Positions 1 through 9,552 are shown, counted from the first letter of the stretch. The stretch: 64,000 nucleotides of DNA from an uncultured Ignavibacteria bacterium (GCA_937873695.1 CALMYL010000006.1:289185-353184), one strand, 5' to 3'. Notes: generated from the sequence alone by a model not told the origin. Numbers and translations are program-made.

Positions 1-83
1 GAGCAGGCAATAGATAATGAAAAGAAATTCGGCATTAAAATGCCCATGATAAAGTAGTAATTAATAACAGTTATTCTTTAGTT

Positions 84-392
84 ATGAATGGAATGAACAA
101 AGAAAAAATCATCAGTATTCTAAAGGAACACATTACTATTCTTAATGATAGGTATCATTTGAGGAGAATTGGATTATTTGGTTCGTACGCTAAAGAATCT
201 CAAACTGAAAGCAGCGATATTGATCTTGTAGTGGATTTTGACAAACCCATAGGCTTAGATTTTGTTGAACTGGGTGACTATCTTGAAAATCTTTTGAACA
301 AAAAGGTTGATCTGATTACTTTTGAAGGTTTGAAAAACAGCAATCTGAATTTAAAGACTAACCAAATAATTTATGTCAATTTGGCAGGATAA
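84..392 (+). CDS. mntA: MNT-type minimal nucleotidyltransferase, antitoxin partner of a HEPN/MNT (type VII TA) pair
   Basis: 102-aa ORF with the pol-beta NTase motif GLFGSYAKE...SDIDLVVDF (GS...DxD). It overlaps the following HEPN ORF by 20 nt. Confidence 0.8.
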   Translation: MNGMNKEKIISILKEHITILNDRYHLRRIGLFGSYAKESQTESSDIDLVVDFDKPIGLDFVELGDYLENLLNKKVDLITFEGLKNSNLNLKTNQIIYVNLAG

Positions 393-720
393 AGATCTTT
401 TAAAAGATATAATTTCTTCAATTGAAAAGATTGAATCCTATTGCGAAGAGCTCAATTATTCGGAGTTCTTAAAAGACTTCAAAACTCAGGATGCAATTAT
501 AAGGAATATAGAAATTATTGGAGAAGCCGTTGGCAGATTGTCAAATGAACTTAAAGTTAGCCATCTTGAAATACCCTGGAACAATATCAGGGGAACAAGA
601 AACAGGCTTATTCATTATTATTCGGGCGTAAATATTGATATTTTATGGACTATTGTAAGTGAGAATTTACCTGACTTATATTTGAAGATCACAAAAATCA
701 CATCAAATGAAGAAATTTGA
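373..720 (+). CDS. hepT: DUF86/HEPN-domain protein (HepT-like toxin)
   Basis: 115-aa ORF with the R-x4-H HEPN motif (RNRLIH) and an IEIIGEA helix. It is paired with the MNT gene upstream. Confidence 0.8.
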   Translation: MSIWQDKDLLKDIISSIEKIESYCEELNYSEFLKDFKTQDAIIRNIEIIGEAVGRLSNELKVSHLEIPWNNIRGTRNRLIHYYSGVNIDILWTIVSENLPDLYLKITKITSNEEI

Positions 721-1948
721 TATACCCATATATTACCGCAGCCCTGTAATTTCTGTTGTTAAGAATGCACGGAAAATAACTGATCCAAGAAAGAAGGATT
801 ATGCTCCTTCTGTGCTTGATTTCGGTCCCGTCAAATTTCTGATTGCCCGGCATTTTGGTTTCTGTTACGGCGTTGAAAACGCCATTGAAATTGCGTACAA
901 ATCACTTGAACAGAACCCCGGAAAAAGGGTTTTTTTGCTGAGCGAAATGATACATAATCCCAGTGTAAACAGCGATCTCAGCCAAAGGGGCGTGCGGTTC
1001 CTTCGTGAACATAACGGCAAGCAGCTGATTCCGTGGGATGACCTTAATTCAGAGGATATCGTAATTGTTCCCGCATTCGGTACTACCATAGAAATTCAGC
1101 AGATGCTAGCCAACAGGGGAATTGACCCTTATAAGTATGATACAACCTGTCCCTTTGTAGAAAAAGTATGGAACCGCGCTGAAGCGCTTGGTAAAAAAAG
1201 TTACACTATAATAGTTCATGGTAAATACAACCACGAAGAAACAATTGCTACTTTCTCTCATTCACAGCAGAATTCACCCACACTGATTGTCAGAAATATT
1301 GAAGAAACAAAAATGCTATGTGATATTATCCTCGGTGAGATACCTCCATCAGAATTTTACACATTTTTTGATGGTAAGTACTCGGGAGGTTTTGATGTTG
1401 TGCGTGATCTGGATCATATTGGAGTTGTAAATCAAACAACAATGCTCGCAACCGAAACACAGGCAATAGCGGATATGATAAAAAGAGCTATGGCTGAAAA
1501 ATATGGTGAGGATAAAATTAAGGATCACTATGCCGATACAAGTGATACATTATGTTATGCAACCTACGATAATCAGCAGGCAACTTTAGGATTACTTAAC
1601 GGCAATGCGGATTTCGCGATAGTAGTTGGAGGTTACAACAGCTCAAATACATCTCATATTGTGGAGCTATGCGAAAGCAAATTACCCGTTTATTTTATAT
1701 CCGGAGCCGAAAAGATAAATTCTGAAAAGATGATTAGTCATTACAATATTCACAAAAACGAAGAAGAGACTACAACTGATTGGCTGAAAAAGGGAAGTGA
1801 TAAACCTACAGAAATTATCCTCACAAGCGGAGCATCGTGCCCTGATGCGATACTTGATGAAGTGCTACAGAAGATAGTTTCATTCTACCCGGGAGCATCT
1901 TCAATTGATGAAGCTCTGTTGCCTTTTAAAGCAGAAAGCCTGAATTAA
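707..1948 (+). CDS. ispH: 4-hydroxy-3-methylbut-2-enyl diphosphate reductase (long form)
   Basis: 413 aa with LytB-family motifs FGFCYGVENAI, VHGKYNHEE, VVNQTT and VVGGYNSSNTSH. The ATG lies 14 nt inside hepT. Confidence 0.9.
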   Translation: MKKFDIPIYYRSPVISVVKNARKITDPRKKDYAPSVLDFGPVKFLIARHFGFCYGVENAIEIAYKSLEQNPGKRVFLLSEMIHNPSVNSDLSQRGVRFLREHNGKQLIPWDDLNSEDIVIVPAFGTTIEIQQMLANRGIDPYKYDTTCPFVEKVWNRAEALGKKSYTIIVHGKYNHEETIATFSHSQQNSPTLIVRNIEETKMLCDIILGEIPPSEFYTFFDGKYSGGFDVVRDLDHIGVVNQTTMLATETQAIADMIKRAMAEKYGEDKIKDHYADTSDTLCYATYDNQQATLGLLNGNADFAIVVGGYNSSNTSHIVELCESKLPVYFISGAEKINSEKMISHYNIHKNEEETTTDWLKKGSDKPTEIILTSGASCPDAILDEVLQKIVSFYPGASSIDEALLPFKAESLN

Positions 1949-1963
1949 GGGTTCGAGCGTTAA

Positions 1964-2530
1964 TTATTCAATTTCGCTGTTAAGCAATACGTAATGTAAA
2001 TGATCTTCCCATACACCGTTGATATTCAGATATTTCTTTGATATTCCCTCGTAAACAAATCCGGCTTTTTCTATGGCTTTGATAGAGGCAATGTTGCGCG
2101 GAATGATGTTGGCTTCAATTCTGTGGAGCCTTTTTTCTGTGAACATATATTTACTACCTGCTATTATTGCTTCTGATGCGTAACCCTTGTTAAGCTCATC
2201 TTTATCGATACGGTATCCCAGGTAACATGATTTGAACGGACCCATTACAATATTTGAAAATACTACTGAACCCATCATCCTTTTCGCATCTGATTTCAAG
2301 TATACCCCAAATTGCACCAAAATACCTTTTAATGCATCTGATTCTATCTGAATTAGATTTTTCCTGTGGTAATCAGGGTTAAAATAATCTGCCGGATAAG
2401 TAGGGCTCCATGGTCTGAAAAAATCAGCATTGCGGATTCTGAAACGAAATAGTTCATCAGCGTCTTCGGTTGTTATAGATCTTAATTTCAATCTTTCTGA
2501 TTCAGTATAAGGAAGTTCCATACTATTCAT
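1964..2530 (-). CDS. GNAT N-acetyltransferase (RimJ/RimL-like)
   Basis: 188 aa with the pattern LRSITTEDADELF ... NKGYASEAI ... HRIEANIIPRNIASIKAIEKAGF. It overlaps the upstream gene by 8 nt. Confidence 0.75.
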   Translation of the reverse strand: MNSMELPYTESERLKLRSITTEDADELFRFRIRNADFFRPWSPTYPADYFNPDYHRKNLIQIESDALKGILVQFGVYLKSDAKRMMGSVVFSNIVMGPFKSCYLGYRIDKDELNKGYASEAIIAGSKYMFTEKRLHRIEANIIPRNIASIKAIEKAGFVYEGISKKYLNINGVWEDHLHYVLLNSEIE

Positions 2531-3248
2531 TGAATTTCACGATCTGCTTTATAGAGAGTATATGCATCAGATATGCAAACGGGACTATGAACGCAGGCAG
2601 CCACACGAAAGGGAAGTATGCAACAATTGTATTTGGCGGTTCATTGAAGAATTGCCTTAATGGTCCGGGTGTTGATAAAAATGCCACAAGGAAAATATTA
2701 GTTACCAGGATCAGTCCCGCAAAATTCCACAGTACAGCCACAATTCGGGGCCACTTATTCTGACTTAAAGAATAATATGCTACAAGCGGAGCACTGAAGC
2801 CAATTAAGATATCATAATTCAATCCTTCAAATGTCATTTGTACAGGAATGATGTTTTTGGCAAAGAGCAACCATAAAAACATTTCAACAAGAATTCTGAA
2901 CGACTGGATATATACCAGCCACGATGAAGGAATTTCCTGGATCAATGCATTCACGCGGGTTGAGCTGCTTAAGTAACTTATAGCAAGTACCGGGGGCAGA
3001 ACGATCAGCATTAACTTCGGGGGAGTTGAAGTAAAATCAAACAAAGTACCGTTGAATGCGATCAATGCAGAAGTTAGAAGCCAGCCTGTAATTATGACTG
3101 CTGTAATAATGTAATATTTATTTTTCTTTCCGGCAGGTGCGTTCATTGTTGAAAGAGCATACTTCAATGAATAAAAAACAAAAGCTAAGATTAACAACAC
3201 TGTAATAAATAGCAAAGCATTAATGTAGAAGGGTACGTTCGGATTCAT
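2523..3248 (-). CDS. polytopic membrane protein, function unknown
   Basis: 241-aa ORF with about 6-7 hydrophobic segments. It is translationally coupled (4-nt and 8-nt overlaps) to its neighbours. Confidence 0.55.
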   Translation of the reverse strand: MNPNVPFYINALLFITVLLILAFVFYSLKYALSTMNAPAGKKNKYYIITAVIITGWLLTSALIAFNGTLFDFTSTPPKLMLIVLPPVLAISYLSSSTRVNALIQEIPSSWLVYIQSFRILVEMFLWLLFAKNIIPVQMTFEGLNYDILIGFSAPLVAYYSLSQNKWPRIVAVLWNFAGLILVTNIFLVAFLSTPGPLRQFFNEPPNTIVAYFPFVWLPAFIVPFAYLMHILSIKQIVKFNE

Positions 3249-3574
3249 TTTATCTCGGGAATATCATTTACGGAAAAATACACCGGCAAACCTTTACTTT
3301 CAATAATTCTGCGTTCATGATCAGCACCTGGGGATGAACCCACTATTAGTATTGCATCACAGCGCTCAACGATTGCAAAAGAAATATCAGAAATAACCTG
3401 CCTGCGGTCAAGCTCAGGAAGCTCATCTGCAACATACAGCGAAGCATTCACGCCAATTACGGGGACATGCCCTTTTTTGTAAACAGCGGCTGCTGCAATA
3501 TTCATAGCTTTAAGGTTCAGGGCTTTCTCTTCATTTGTGGCAGCATTATACGGACCTGCAACAACTATCAGCAT
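3245..3574 (-). CDS. small Rossmann-like protein, possibly nucleoside 2-deoxyribosyltransferase-like (DUF4406-like)
   Basis: 109 aa. The N-terminal MLIVVAGPY and C-terminal CDAILIVGSSPGADHE patterns resemble that fold. This is a weak, by-eye assignment. Confidence 0.35.
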   Translation of the reverse strand: MLIVVAGPYNAATNEEKALNLKAMNIAAAAVYKKGHVPVIGVNASLYVADELPELDRRQVISDISFAIVERCDAILIVGSSPGADHERRIIESKGLPVYFSVNDIPEIK

Positions 3575-3619
3575 ATTGTTATTTTACTAACCTGCTTCAG
3601 CTTTGATGAAGCAATTTCA

Positions 3620-4285
3620 TTAATTATTCAGCTTATTAAACTCTTCTTCTGTAAAATCTTTCAGGGTTCTGAATCTGATATCGGCAATTGCGAATTTAGG
3701 ATTGTAAAAATTTGTCTTTTCAGGATATGCAGCGGTCTTCATTCTTGCGGCAACAGCAGAAACTACCCCGTTAAATGAATCTTCTATGGCAAGGCAATCC
3801 TGCGGTTCAACTCCAAGCATTTTTGCTGTTGATAAATAAATTGCAGGATGCGGTTTGCCGTACTCTTCATATTCGGCTGAATGGATAACTTTGAAATACT
3901 TTGCGATATCAAATTTATTCATTACCGCATCAATTATCTTTTTATCGCTTGATGATGCAATTGCCATTGGCAATTCTTTTGCTGCGAACATTTCAAGTAA
4001 TTCTGCTACACCGGAGTTTATTACTCCCTTTTGCTTTATCAGTGCTATCAGCGAATCAACTATTTCAGCACCGACTCTTTCAAAAGGATTTTCTTTTAAA
4101 TCCCACGGATATCTTTCATGCCATAGCTTTACAACATCAACAAGGCGCATGCCGGTTGTGGTTTCGCACATTTCTTCGGTCAAAGGTACACCTAAGGAAT
4201 TGAATATTTTTATTTCCGCTTCTTTCCAGAACGGCTCTGAATCAAGTATTACGCCGTCCATATCAAAAATTACTGCTTTTATCAT
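3620..4285 (-). CDS. HAD-IA family sugar-phosphatase / beta-phosphoglucomutase-like hydrolase
   Basis: Motif I is FDMDGVILDSE, and the C-terminal IEDSFNGV is motif IV-like. The start is placed at ATG 4285 (MIKAVIFDMDG); the longer ORF reaching 4357 would overlap the upstream gene. Confidence 0.8.
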   Translation of the reverse strand: MIKAVIFDMDGVILDSEPFWKEAEIKIFNSLGVPLTEEMCETTTGMRLVDVVKLWHERYPWDLKENPFERVGAEIVDSLIALIKQKGVINSGVAELLEMFAAKELPMAIASSSDKKIIDAVMNKFDIAKYFKVIHSAEYEEYGKPHPAIYLSTAKMLGVEPQDCLAIEDSFNGVVSAVAARMKTAAYPEKTNFYNPKFAIADIRFRTLKDFTEEEFNKLNN

Positions 4286-4307
4286 ATAAAAATTTTTTCC
4301 GTAATAT

Positions 4308-5168
4308 TTACATTTCTCTGAAATATGTGTACCATACCGGTATCCACTTGCCTTCAATATTCACATAAAGCCTTGTTACAACTTCAACTATTTTGCTGTC
4401 CTGAACTTCATTGTACCAGAAAGCATCCAGTACTTTATCGTTATCAAGATCAATTCCGGTTCCTTCAATATTCTTTCCGGAGCTTGTTTCAAGCTCCTCT
4501 TTTTTTGATGATGCCTCAAGGTTGTAAGGAAGCTCATATGTCATTTCATCAAGCGGCAGAATTGAAAATACCATAATCGGATTCTTTAAAATATAGGCAA
4601 GGTCTTCGTGCTGCTCATCAGTGTAGTTTATCCTTAACGGAGTTGGTTTAGGGAATGTATACGGATATTTCGGCGAGTAATCCAGTTTATTTCCGCATTC
4701 CCAATACTCAGTGTAATTATTGAAGGTAGTTTCGAACACTGTATTGTTTTCAAAAATCTTAAAACCTATGGGGTTACTCCACCTTACAAGCCGCAGTTTT
4801 TCTTCATTCACAAAGTATGTCATGGAATCAACCACTTTGTACTGCAGGTTTTGCTTTTCTGTTTTATAGCGCATGAATTTCAGCAGACTGTAATCGCAGT
4901 CTTCCAGGTAAAGGTAGGTTGAATCTATGTGAGATAAAAATATGTACAGATTCTTCGTATTATCCTTTGTGAAAATCGATGGTTTTGTTTTCTTGAATTT
5001 CGTCGTATTCTTCAGTTCATGCAGTTTTGAAGCCTCTGGGTATTTATCATCCTTGCATATAACTTCAATTTTATCAGCCAGCGGCTGCTGAAGCGATTTG
5101 TCACCATCCGGAAAAGTCAAAGGCATTCCCATTTGTACGATCAGAGTAAGTATTTTTAATAATTCCAT
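4308..5168 (-). CDS. hypothetical protein
   Basis: 286-aa ORF with no motif I recognise. A TATATTTG box lies on the same strand 23-30 nt upstream of the ATG. Confidence 0.5.
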   Translation of the reverse strand: MELLKILTLIVQMGMPLTFPDGDKSLQQPLADKIEVICKDDKYPEASKLHELKNTTKFKKTKPSIFTKDNTKNLYIFLSHIDSTYLYLEDCDYSLLKFMRYKTEKQNLQYKVVDSMTYFVNEEKLRLVRWSNPIGFKIFENNTVFETTFNNYTEYWECGNKLDYSPKYPYTFPKPTPLRINYTDEQHEDLAYILKNPIMVFSILPLDEMTYELPYNLEASSKKEELETSSGKNIEGTGIDLDNDKVLDAFWYNEVQDSKIVEVVTRLYVNIEGKWIPVWYTYFREM

Positions 5169-5281
5169 ATATTATTATTAATTGAAAGTTCAAATATAGG
5201 AAAGATTTTAATTTATCTATTACCTATTCTTTTTCTCTATTAATTCATGTTTTCTTCACTGCTTCTCATTTGCATTTTCAG

Positions 5282-5289
5282 TATTTTTG
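5282..5289 (+). promoter_or_regulatory. -7 box candidate (TATTTTTG) upstream of the LicC-like gene
   Basis: Matches TAnnTTTG and lies 23 nt before the TTG start at 5312. Confidence 0.3.
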
Positions 5290-5311
5290 TGGTTTATATT
5301 AAGGAGCAAAT

Positions 5312-6043
5312 TTGCAGGCAATAATATTAGCTGCGGGTATGGCAAAACGGCTTCGCCCGCTTACAGATAAAACACCAAAGTGTTTGTTGCAGGTTGGCGG
5401 AAAAAGTCTGCTTGAAATGACGATCAATAATATCCTTAAAAACGGGGTTAAGAGCTTTGTTATGGTTACCGGTTACAGGGAAAATATGATAAAAGAGCAT
5501 ATTTCTGAAAAATTCCCCGGGCTGGATATTACGTACTTAACCAATAGCGATTACGAGAATAATAACAACAGCTATTCGCTTTGGATGACGAAAAATTACA
5601 TAAAAGGAGATTCCATTCTGTTGGATAGCGATATATTGTTTGATTACCGCATTATTTCGAAGCTTTTTGAATTTCCGCATACAGATTGCCTTGCCGTAAA
5701 ACGGGGACATACCCTAAGCGAAGAGGAGATTAAAGTTATAATTGATAGTACCAACAAAATTGAGCATATTGGCAAACATCTGGATATTAATGCAAGTTAC
5801 GGCGAATCAATCGGCATTGAACGGTTTTCATTTGATTTTTTTACCATGCTTGGCGAAGTGCTCGAGCGCAAAATTGTGCACGAAAATAATGTAAATGAGT
5901 TCTATGAAGCATCGTTCCAGGAGCTGTACGAGAGGGGGAACGCTATGTATGCTGTTGATGTTTCAGAATATAAATGTATGGAAATTGATTTTCCTGAGGA
6001 CCTCAAGCGGGCGCAGGAAGAAGTAAAATTTCTTGCGCAGTAA
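5312..6043 (+). CDS. sugar-phosphate/phosphocholine nucleotidyltransferase (LicC/NTP_transferase-like)
   Basis: N-terminal ILAAGMAKRLRPLTDKTPKCLL nucleotide-binding loop. The TTG start follows AAGGAG. Confidence 0.7.
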   Translation: MQAIILAAGMAKRLRPLTDKTPKCLLQVGGKSLLEMTINNILKNGVKSFVMVTGYRENMIKEHISEKFPGLDITYLTNSDYENNNNSYSLWMTKNYIKGDSILLDSDILFDYRIISKLFEFPHTDCLAVKRGHTLSEEEIKVIIDSTNKIEHIGKHLDINASYGESIGIERFSFDFFTMLGEVLERKIVHENNVNEFYEASFQELYERGNAMYAVDVSEYKCMEIDFPEDLKRAQEEVKFLAQ

Positions 6044-6103
6044 ATTTTCGGGGCAGTAAAACTTTCAGGGCAGTAAAATTTTCAGCGCGGTAAAGAGTCT
6101 TTT
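6035..6103. repeat. ~17-bp tandem repeat, four units
   Basis: GCAGTAAA recurs at 6037, 6053 and 6070, with a degenerate GCGGTAAA at 6087. The first unit contains the stop codon of the LicC-like gene. Confidence 0.8.
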
Positions 6104-6110
6104 ATAATAA

Positions 6111-7073
6111 ATGGGAATATTTAACTCACAAAAAGACAGGTATACTAATCAGAACTTAAGGTATAACAGACCTTCAATGTTCGGGGGATTTTCATTTTTC
6201 CCGCCGGTCATTAAATACCTGCTGATATCAAATATTGCCATATTTATTTTTCAGCATTTTATTTTTGCGGGATTCAAAGTAGGCGGCGTACCGATTTCAG
6301 TTTTCTTCCTGAAATATTTTGCGCTCAATCCCATTGGCAGTGAAGTTTTCCCGTTCTACCCATGGCAGTTGTTCACATACCTCTTCATGCACGGCGGTTT
6401 CTGGCACTTATTCCTCAACATGTTCGCGCTGTGGATGTTCGGCATGGAGCTTGAAAATATATGGGGCTCAAAAAAGTTTTTGATGTACTATTTAATGTGC
6501 GGCGTTGGCGCGGGACTTGCTACAATTTTACTTACTCCATTATTCAGCGGACTTAACCTGCCGACAGTAGGTGCCTCAGGCTCGGTTTACGGAATACTTG
6601 TTGCTTTCGGTATGCTTTTTCCCAACAGGGAGATTTACCTGTACTTTCTGCTGCCGATCAAAGCAAAGTATTTTGTAATAATTTATATGGCAATTGAATT
6701 ATTTTCTGTTGGCAGTAATACCGGTGTTGCGCATCTTGCGCATTTGGGCGGTGCATTGGTTGGTTTTGTATATATTCTTATTACAAGGAGCAATATTAAT
6801 GATCTTTTCAGGTTTGATAAAACTCCCAAGGTAAACCAAAAACGACCGACAAATATTTACCGTAACAGGTATTACGAAAAATATAATACCACTTCTACCG
6901 GTGAAAATATCAGTGATGCTGAGTATTATTCCAAAGGTAATAATTATTCTGATTCCGATATCACACAGGAAAGGGTTGATGAAATACTTGATAAAATTGG
7001 CAAAGATGGCTACCAGAACCTGACCGAAGAAGAAAAACGCATTTTATTTGAAGCAAGCAAGAAGATACATTAA
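6111..7073 (+). CDS. rhomboid-family intramembrane serine protease
   Basis: Polytopic protein with GASGSVYG (catalytic Ser) and HLAHLGG (catalytic His), followed by a C-terminal soluble tail. Confidence 0.85.
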   Translation: MGIFNSQKDRYTNQNLRYNRPSMFGGFSFFPPVIKYLLISNIAIFIFQHFIFAGFKVGGVPISVFFLKYFALNPIGSEVFPFYPWQLFTYLFMHGGFWHLFLNMFALWMFGMELENIWGSKKFLMYYLMCGVGAGLATILLTPLFSGLNLPTVGASGSVYGILVAFGMLFPNREIYLYFLLPIKAKYFVIIYMAIELFSVGSNTGVAHLAHLGGALVGFVYILITRSNINDLFRFDKTPKVNQKRPTNIYRNRYYEKYNTTSTGENISDAEYYSKGNNYSDSDITQERVDEILDKIGKDGYQNLTEEEKRILFEASKKIH

Positions 7074-7088
7074 CGATCAATTCATTAT

Positions 7089-7346
7089 ATGACCCAACTT
7101 GAAATAAAAACGAATTTTCATAAGCTGATAGATGAAATTGATGACCAGAAGGAGCTTGCGAAGCTTTATGAATATTTTATTGCTTTGAAGCAGAATTTTG
7201 AAAAATCGGGCAGTGACTGGTGGGATGAACTGACTGATGAACAGCGTAAAAATATTGATATATCTATTGAAGAATGTAATGACCCTTCTAAACTGATACC
7301 CCATGACCAGGTAATGAAAGAAGCCCGAAAATGGTTAAAGAAGTAA
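7089..7346 (+). CDS. putative antitoxin (addiction-module component-like)
   Basis: 85 aa. The C-terminal DELTDEQRKNIDISIEE...LIPHDQVMKEARKWL pattern is typical of antitoxins paired with ParE/RelE toxins. It overlaps the toxin ORF by 16 nt. Confidence 0.5.
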   Translation: MTQLEIKTNFHKLIDEIDDQKELAKLYEYFIALKQNFEKSGSDWWDELTDEQRKNIDISIEECNDPSKLIPHDQVMKEARKWLKK

Positions 7347-7609
7347 TCTGGACTGAACAGGCAGCTAAAGATTTCAGGCAGGTACTAAACTTTTTAAATA
7401 CAGAATGGAATTCAGTTATTGCCGAAGAATTTTACAATAGGGTGTTTTGGATAATTGATCTTTTAATTGATTTTCCTGAAATGGGAATATTAATTAAACA
7501 GAGACTTCGAAAGCGGAAAATCCTTATTACCAGATTTAATTACTTAGTATATCAGGAAAACAATAATTAGTTATATGTAATGAACTTTATTGATACAAGA
7601 ATGAAATAA
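7331..7609 (+). pseudogene. RelE/ParE-family toxin interrupted by an in-frame TAG at 7568-7570
   Basis: The N-terminal 79 aa (MVKEVIWTEQAAKDF...ILITRFNYLVYQENNN) stop at TAG. The same frame continues LYVMNFIDTRMK-stop, which matches the conserved ParE C-terminus (..I..DTR...). Confidence 0.55.
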
Positions 7610-7614
7610 TTTTT

Positions 7615-9552
7615 ATGGAAGTCATAACCACATCTAAAATATACAACAACTCTTTAACAAAATACTCAAGGTTTAAGACCCGTGAAGTAATGGTTGGTAA
7701 TATTGGCATTGGGGGCAACAATCCCATCAGAGTGCAATCTATGACAACAACCGATACTATGGATACAAAAGGTACTGTTGAGCAGTCAATACGTATGATT
7801 GAAGCGGGCAGTGAGCTGGTTAGAATTACAGCTCCCGCCGTGAAGGAAGCAAAAAATCTTGAGAATATCAAAAATGAGCTCCGTGCCCGCGGTTATGATA
7901 CTCCATTAGTTGCTGATATCCATTTTAAACCCGATGCTGCTGAGCTTGCCGCACGAATTGTAGAGAAGGTGCGTGTTAACCCCGGCAATTACGCAGATAA
8001 AAAGAAATTCAAAGTATTCAGTTTTACCGATGAGTTGTATAACGAAGAGCTTGAGAGGATCTATGAGCAATTCTCACCGCTGGTAAAGATTTGCAAAGAA
8101 TACGGCACCGCAATGAGAATTGGAACTAACCACGGCTCATTGAGCGATAGAATAATGAACCGCTACGGCGATACGCCTATTGGAATGGTGGAATCTGCCT
8201 TGGAGTTTGTACGCATTTGCCGTGAGTTGAATTACCACGAGATAATCCTTTCGATGAAATCATCCAATACGCAGGTAATGGTAGAAGCATACAGGCTGCT
8301 GGTAAACAGGATGATCGAAGAAGGAATGAACTATCCGCTGCACCTTGGGGTAACAGAAGCAGGTGACGGCGAAGACGGAAGGATAAAATCATCTGTTGGA
8401 ATAGGCACATTGCTTGAAGACGGACTTGGTGATACTATTAGAGTATCACTCACTGAAGACCCGGAGTTTGAAATACCCGTATGCAAAAGGATAGTTGAAA
8501 GATATAACAACAGGGATGATCATAAACCGATTGTTGAAGTGTATACTGAAATACCATACGATCCCTTTTCATATCAGCGGAGAAAAACATATGAGACAGA
8601 TAAAATAGGCAATCATCATGTACCTGTTGTTATTTTGAGCCTTGATGCGAAAAAGCTTTCTGAACCTTCATCACTTGAGAAAATTTCGTACAGCTATTCC
8701 AAGGAGCTTGATAAATGGAACATTGGCGATTTGGCACCGGATTTTATTTACCTCGGGGCAAATGACCTTCCATACGCACTGCCGGGGACACTGAAGAAGA
8801 TATTCGATTACAGCTTATGGAAAACACTCGAAGATAAGTCTGATTCATTTCCATTGTTTACACCCGCGGAATATTTAACTGCCGAAAGAAGATCGTACAG
8901 GATAAATTTTGTTTCAGTTACAATTAATGAGCTTACTCCTGAACTGCTTAAAGCTGTGAAGAATGATAAATTCTGTGTGCTTGTGATAAATACTTCCAAT
9001 CAGCACGGAATGGGCGAAGAGCGCAGGGCAATAATTGAGCTCATGCAGCAGGGGATCGAAACACCCGTGATAATATCGCGAAGCTACGCCGATATTGATG
9101 ATGAGGACCTCACTATCAGCAGCGCAACAGATTTGGGCGCTTTGTTAATTGATGGAATAGGTGATGGCATCTGGATAAAAGCAGAAAACAATATTGATGT
9201 AGTAAACCGAGTTAGCTTTGGGATACTTCAGGCGACAAGAACCAGGATATCTAAAACCGAATATATTAGCTGTCCATCATGCGGCAGAACACAGTTTGAC
9301 CTGCAGGTAACAACAGCCATGATAAAGAAACGAACTGACCATCTGAAAGGCGTAAAAATAGCTATTATGGGCTGTATTGTAAACGGTCCCGGTGAAATGG
9401 CGGATGCTGATTATGGTTTTGTAGGCTCAGGTCCCAACTGGATAACTCTATACCGCGGAAAAGAAGTTATTGAGCGCGGCATTCCGTACCCCGAAGCGCT
9501 GGATAAGCTTATCGGTATAATGAAGGAAGACGGAATATGGGTGGAGAACTAA
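7615..9552 (+). CDS. ispG: 4-hydroxy-3-methylbut-2-en-1-yl diphosphate synthase (long form with insert domain)
   Basis: 645 aa. N-terminal TIM-barrel motifs are VGNIGIGGNNPIRVQSMT and RVNPGNY. The C-terminal Fe-S cysteines are CPSCGRT...GCIVNGPGE. Confidence 0.9.
   Translation: MEVITTSKIYNNSLTKYSRFKTREVMVGNIGIGGNNPIRVQSMTTTDTMDTKGTVEQSIRMIEAGSELVRITAPAVKEAKNLENIKNELRARGYDTPLVADIHFKPDAAELAARIVEKVRVNPGNYADKKKFKVFSFTDELYNEELERIYEQFSPLVKICKEYGTAMRIGTNHGSLSDRIMNRYGDTPIGMVESALEFVRICRELNYHEIILSMKSSNTQVMVEAYRLLVNRMIEEGMNYPLHLGVTEAGDGEDGRIKSSVGIGTLLEDGLGDTIRVSLTEDPEFEIPVCKRIVERYNNRDDHKPIVEVYTEIPYDPFSYQRRKTYETDKIGNHHVPVVILSLDAKKLSEPSSLEKISYSYSKELDKWNIGDLAPDFIYLGANDLPYALPGTLKKIFDYSLWKTLEDKSDSFPLFTPAEYLTAERRSYRINFVSVTINELTPELLKAVKNDKFCVLVINTSNQHGMGEERRAIIELMQQGIETPVIISRSYADIDDEDLTISSATDLGALLIDGIGDGIWIKAENNIDVVNRVSFGILQATRTRISKTEYISCPSCGRTQFDLQVTTAMIKKRTDHLKGVKIAIMGCIVNGPGEMADADYGFVGSGPNWITLYRGKEVIERGIPYPEALDKLIGIMKEDGIWVEN

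Noticed and set aside
1-57. Open frame from the window edge to TAG at 55-57 (…EQAIDNEKKFGIKMPMIK)
   Set aside because: Only 18 codons are visible. That is too short to identify or to distinguish from noise.
4286-4357. Longer start for the HAD hydrolase (MKASGYRYG...)
   Set aside because: It would overlap the upstream gene by 50 nt. The family N-terminus begins right at the DxDG motif, so ATG 4285 was preferred.
6035-6103. Whether this array, the one at 30924-30959, or the octamer arrays at 44282-44760 could be CRISPR arrays
   Set aside because: The units are 8-17 bp and directly abutting, with no unique spacers, and no cas genes are present. They are simple tandem or inverted repeats.
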